Shown piece by piece: positions 28,463 through 32,000 of a stretch of DNA of 32,000 bases. The translations under genes and the position numbers were made by a program. How positions within the stretch are numbered: position 1 is the first letter of the stretch; the number at the start of each line of letters is the position of its first letter. The notes under the pieces were generated by a model. The model was not told the origin of the DNA and did no database searches. It worked only from the letters and a program-made list of their open reading frames with translations. The stretch covers positions 1,350,001-1,382,000 of the forward strand of contig NC_003450.3 in assembly GCF_000011325.1 (NCBI RefSeq), read 5' to 3'. Source of the stretch: Corynebacterium glutamicum ATCC 13032 (lineage in GTDB: Bacteria > Actinomycetota > Actinomycetes > Mycobacteriales > Mycobacteriaceae).

Positions 28463-28942
28463 TTAGTAAAAATAAACGCTGGCGTTAGTGTTGCTACGGC
28501 ATGCACTTACTTTCGCACTCTCATTAGTGCAGCTCATCTGATATTCCTGGCCAGTGACGGGGCTGGTGACATTAATGTCCATCGGTAAAAAGTCGCGGAT
28601 ATCTTCAGTGGTGGCATTTACTCCGGTTACTAATTTTTGATGCACCGCGCCGACAAACTCGCAGCTGGTATCCGTCCCTGCGAGCCAGGTAGTGGTGCCG
28701 TATCCATCGCCATAAATGCATACTGTGGCTCGCGAAACTTCCAGGTCTACAGAATCGCCCAGCTGTGCATCTGGGGGAACTGGGTTCGGGGCGGATGTAG
28801 TGACCGTTGTGGTGAGCATGGTCGTGGCGGTTGTGGTGATTGTTATTGGTGACTGAATGGGATCGGATTCCTGGCTGCATCCACTTAAAGTTGCAAGCAT
28901 AGAAACTGTGAGGATTAAGGCTCTAGACTGGAATTTCAACAT
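28463..28942 (-). CDS. Secreted lipoprotein of unknown function
   Basis: 159 aa. Signal peptide plus lipobox LSGC. Thr-rich linker and several Cys in the mature part. Confidence 0.65.
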   Translation of the reverse strand: MLKFQSRALILTVSMLATLSGCSQESDPIQSPITITTTATTMLTTTVTTSAPNPVPPDAQLGDSVDLEVSRATVCIYGDGYGTTTWLAGTDTSCEFVGAVHQKLVTGVNATTEDIRDFLPMDINVTSPVTGQEYQMSCTNESAKVSACRSNTNASVYFY

Positions 28943-29002
28943 CTATTCCTCCTGCGATTTGCATGGGATATATATTAAAAATTCTAGCCGAAAGTTTCCT
29001 GC

Positions 29003-29569
29003 GTGAATACACTTTCCCCGCGCCTTCGCAAAGCTATGAATACTGCCGCGTGGGCACACCGCCACCACGTACGCAAAGGCGGTGGAATTCCGTATGTCAG
29101 CCATCTTTATTCAGTGATGTACTTGCTGGCCAGCGTCACTAATGATGAAGATGTGCTCATCGCCGGGCTGCTCCACGACACCCTCGAAGACGTACCCGAG
29201 GAATACAATTCTGCCCAACTTGAAGCTGATTTTGGTCCGCGGGTGCGCGAGTTGGTGGAAGAGCTCACCAAACAGCCCTTAAAAAGCTGGAAAGCGCGTG
29301 CCGACGCTTACCTCCTGCACCTCAGCGCAGGTGCCAGCTTAGAGGCTGTCTTAATCTCCACCGCAGATAAACTGCATAATCTCATGTCCATCTTGGATGA
29401 CCTTGAAATACACGGTGAAGATTTATGGCAACGCTTTAACGCTGGCAAAGAGCAGCAAATCTGGTGGTATAGCGAGGTTTATCAGATATCTCTCCAGCGC
29501 TTAGGGTTCAATGAGTTGAATAAACAACTGGGGTTGTGCGTCGAAAAGCTCTTAAAGCAAAGCGCCTAG
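29003..29569 (+). CDS. relH: HD-domain small alarmone ((p)ppGpp) hydrolase
   Basis: 188 aa. RSH-hydrolase motifs AHRHHVRKGGGIPYVSHLYSV and AGLLHDTLEDV. Symbol from recollection of C. glutamicum cg1485. Confidence 0.7.
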   Translation: MNTLSPRLRKAMNTAAWAHRHHVRKGGGIPYVSHLYSVMYLLASVTNDEDVLIAGLLHDTLEDVPEEYNSAQLEADFGPRVRELVEELTKQPLKSWKARADAYLLHLSAGASLEAVLISTADKLHNLMSILDDLEIHGEDLWQRFNAGKEQQIWWYSEVYQISLQRLGFNELNKQLGLCVEKLLKQSA

Positions 29570-30259
29570 GCGCTCGGCGGCGTCGATAAGCTCGGTGCCC
29601 CACATGGCGGCGGGGTGGGGCTTGAGGCGCTCGGCCACGCCGGAGATGGACAGTGCCGCGATCATGGATCCGTTGGAATCAAAAACAGGGGAGGAGAGGC
29701 TAGCAAGGCCGAGCTCACGCTCGCCCACGGACTCCGCTAAGCCGCTGGCGCGCACCTGGTCAAGCTCCTCGCGGGAAAAGACGCTGGCAGAGGGGATGGG
29801 GAGGTAGGCGGCAAAAACGCGCGCTGCTGACCCTGCATTTAAAGGCATGCGAGTGCCCACGGGAACCACGTTTTTTAGCCCGGAGCTGGGCTCTTGGCTG
29901 GCCACACACGTGCGGGTGGTGCCGGTGAGGCGATAAAGCTGAACGGATTCGCCGGTGCGCTCCATAAGGTCGGCCATAATTGGTACGGCCGTATCGATGA
30001 GGGTGTCAGCGCCGCGTGCACCCAATGAGGCAAGCCGTGCGCCGATGGTCCATCTATTATCGCGGGAGCGTGCCAACATGCCGTGTACCTCAAGCGCTGA
30101 GGCGAGGCGGTGGGCTGTAGCCCTGGGCAGATCGGTGGCAGCTGCGAGCTCTGCCAACGATCGAGGCTGTTCTGCGATGACATTGAGGATTAATACAGTG
30201 CGGTCTAAAACCTTAATACCGCTCTCGGTGGAGTCCTCGATAATTTCTTGCTGTCCCAT
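29552..30259 (-). CDS. ltbR: IclR-family regulator, divergent from leuCD
   Basis: 235 aa. N-terminal wHTH (LAELAAATDLPRATAHRLASALE) plus IclR effector domain. Position matches LtbR. Its 3' end overlaps relH by 18 nt. Confidence 0.75.
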   Translation of the reverse strand: MGQQEIIEDSTESGIKVLDRTVLILNVIAEQPRSLAELAAATDLPRATAHRLASALEVHGMLARSRDNRWTIGARLASLGARGADTLIDTAVPIMADLMERTGESVQLYRLTGTTRTCVASQEPSSGLKNVVPVGTRMPLNAGSAARVFAAYLPIPSASVFSREELDQVRASGLAESVGERELGLASLSSPVFDSNGSMIAALSISGVAERLKPHPAAMWGTELIDAAERLGALL

Positions 30260-30392
30260 ACCTTGAATTTAGCATTTCACCCAATGAGACGTGGTGAAGG
30301 GATTCACTGTGTGTGGGGGTATAAAAAGATTTTGGGCGGGAGGTGACATTTATGCCTCTTAATAGCTATACTGTCCCATGAAACGATATTTT

Positions 30393-30411
30393 AATCTCAT
30401 ATAGTGAGATT
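30393..30411. promoter_or_regulatory. Palindrome AATCTCA-TATAG-TGAGATT upstream of leuC (candidate LtbR operator overlapping a -10-like TATAGT)
   Basis: Perfect 7-bp arms. Contains the 12-mer CATATAGTGAGA shared with the leuB upstream region. Confidence 0.45.
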
Positions 30412-30439
30412 TACAGATTTTTAAAGGACGGTGAGTTCC

Positions 30440-31885
30440 ATGACCAGCCCCGTGGAGAACAGCACCTCAACTGAGAAGCTGACCCTGGCAGAGAAGGTGT
30501 GGCGCGACCATGTCGTGTCCAAGGGAGAAAACGGCGAGCCCGACCTCCTCTACATCGACCTGCAGCTGCTGCATGAAGTGACCTCACCACAGGCATTTGA
30601 CGGCCTGCGCATGACCGGCCGTAAACTGCGCCACCCAGAACTGCACCTGGCCACCGAAGACCACAACGTGCCAACCGAAGGCATCAAGACTGGCTCACTG
30701 CTGGAAATCAACGACAAGATTTCCCGCCTGCAGGTATCTACTCTGCGCGACAACTGTGAAGAATTCGGCGTGCGCCTGCACCCAATGGGTGATGTCCGAC
30801 AGGGCATCGTGCACACCGTCGGCCCACAGCTCGGCGCAACCCAGCCAGGCATGACCATTGTGTGCGGTGACTCCCACACCTCCACCCACGGTGCTTTTGG
30901 CTCCATGGCATTCGGCATCGGTACCTCAGAGGTTGAGCACGTCATGGCTACTCAAACCCTGCCACTGAAGCCTTTCAAGACCATGGCCATTGAAGTTACT
31001 GGTGAACTGCAGCCAGGTGTTTCCTCCAAGGACCTGATTCTGGCGATTATCGCCAAGATCGGCACCGGCGGCGGACAGGGCTACGTTCTGGAATACCGCG
31101 GCGAAGCAATCCGTAAGATGTCCATGGATGCACGCATGACCATGTGCAACATGTCCATCGAAGCTGGCGCACGTGCCGGCATGATCGCCCCAGACCAAAC
31201 CACCTTCGACTACGTTGAAGGCCGCGAAATGGCACCAAAGGGCGCCGACTGGGACGAAGCAGTTGCTTACTGGAAGACCCTGCCAACCGACGAAGGCGCA
31301 ACCTTTGACAAGGTCGTAGAAATCGATGGCTCCGCACTGACCCCATTCATCACCTGGGGCACCAACCCAGGCCAGGGCCTGCCACTGGGCGAATCCGTAC
31401 CAAGCCCAGAAGACTTCACCAACGACAACGACAAGGCAGCAGCCGAAAAGGCACTGCAGTACATGGACCTGGTACCAGGAACCCCACTGCGCGACATCAA
31501 GATCGACACCGTCTTCCTGGGATCCTGCACCAACGCCCGCATCGAAGACCTGCAGATCGCCGCTGACATCCTCAAGGGCCACAAAATCGCCGACGGCATG
31601 CGCATGATGGTCGTGCCTTCCTCCACCTGGATCAAGCAAGAGGCAGAAGCGCTCGGACTGGACAAAATCTTCACCGACGCTGGCGCTGAATGGCGTACCG
31701 CAGGCTGCTCCATGTGCCTGGGCATGAACCCAGACCAACTGAAGCCAGGCGAGCGCTCCGCATCCACCTCCAACCGAAACTTCGAAGGACGCCAAGGACC
31801 AGGAGGCCGCACCCACCTGGTATCCCCAGCAGTCGCAGCCGCCACCGCAATCCGCGGCACCCTGTCCTCACCTGCAGATATCTAA
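30440..31885 (+). CDS. leuC: 3-isopropylmalate dehydratase large subunit
   Basis: ATG at 30440 follows AAAGGACGG and gives 481 aa. Aconitase-family motifs ([27 protein letters not shown]). Confidence 0.93.
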   Translation: MTSPVENSTSTEKLTLAEKVWRDHVVSKGENGEPDLLYIDLQLLHEVTSPQAFDGLRMTGRKLRHPELHLATEDHNVPTEGIKTGSLLEINDKISRLQVSTLRDNCEEFGVRLHPMGDVRQGIVHTVGPQLGATQPGMTIVCGDSHTSTHGAFGSMAFGIGTSEVEHVMATQTLPLKPFKTMAIEVTGELQPGVSSKDLILAIIAKIGTGGGQGYVLEYRGEAIRKMSMDARMTMCNMSIEAGARAGMIAPDQTTFDYVEGREMAPKGADWDEAVAYWKTLPTDEGATFDKVVEIDGSALTPFITWGTNPGQGLPLGESVPSPEDFTNDNDKAAAEKALQYMDLVPGTPLRDIKIDTVFLGSCTNARIEDLQIAADILKGHKIADGMRMMVVPSSTWIKQEAEALGLDKIFTDAGAEWRTAGCSMCLGMNPDQLKPGERSASTSNRNFEGRQGPGGRTHLVSPAVAAATAIRGTLSSPADI

Positions 31886-31901
31886 GGAAGGCTAGAAAAC
31901 A

Positions 31902-32000
31902 ATGGAAAAATTTACCACCTACACCGGCGTTGGCGTTCCACTGCAGCGATCCAACGTGGACACCGACCAGATCATCCCAGCCGTCTACCTCAAGCGCGTC
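31902..32000 (+). CDS. leuD: 3-isopropylmalate dehydratase small subunit (5' part, runs off the window)
   Basis: [33 protein letters not shown], 16 nt after the leuC stop. Confidence 0.85.
   Translation, partial: MEKFTTYTGVGVPLQRSNVDTDQIIPAVYLKRV

Noticed and set aside
30926-31860. 296-aa and 197-aa ORFs on the minus strand
   Set aside because: They are antisense to leuC and are shadow ORFs.

Overview
The window reads as a high-GC actinobacterial chromosome. Gene order and protein sequences match what I remember of Corynebacterium glutamicum: serA, leuB, odx, gltX, tRNA-Gln/Glu, thiC, malP, relH, ltbR, leuCD. No database search was possible, so every family call rests on motifs read from the translations. 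Most of the window is core metabolism. It is interrupted by AT-richer, partly decayed accessory patches. Hand counts of 60-nt samples gave about 35-47% G+C in these patches, against about 59% for one 60-nt sample at the serA start. The patches are: (i) an orphan sulfonate-type binding protein at 4537-5601; (ii) a segment from about 16.1 to 19.9 kb, lying between a tandemly duplicated tRNA-Gln/tRNA-Glu unit and thiC, with a third tRNA-Glu inside it; (iii) a segment at 21.85-23.15 kb between thiC and malP. The best candidate for an undescribed system is a translationally coupled two-gene operon at 18400-19877. It encodes a 384-aa protein with a full G1-G5 GTPase motif set and a C-terminal extension, followed by a 108-aa protein I cannot place. 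The operon sits divergently from a frameshifted TetR gene across a perfect 16-bp palindrome, close to an Abi_2 (abortive-infection-like) remnant. Other items worth follow-up:
- a cNMP/CBS/DUF294-nucleotidyltransferase gene coupled by a 1-nt overlap to a DEDDh exonuclease;
- three near-identical ATACCC-N4-GGGTAT boxes (CsoR/CstR-type) in front of a persulfide-dioxygenase/rhodanese fusion and a TauE exporter, plus an untracked 52-aa Cys-rich ORF;
- a YozG-type HTH plus DUF2975 membrane pair;
- an in-frame TGA at a conserved Trp in an SRPBCC gene;
- a 55-70 bp inverted-repeat element flanking malP;
- a 12-mer shared by the leuB and leuC upstream regions;
- two repeat-dense intergenic regions.
I saw no CRISPR array, rRNA, integrase or transposase.
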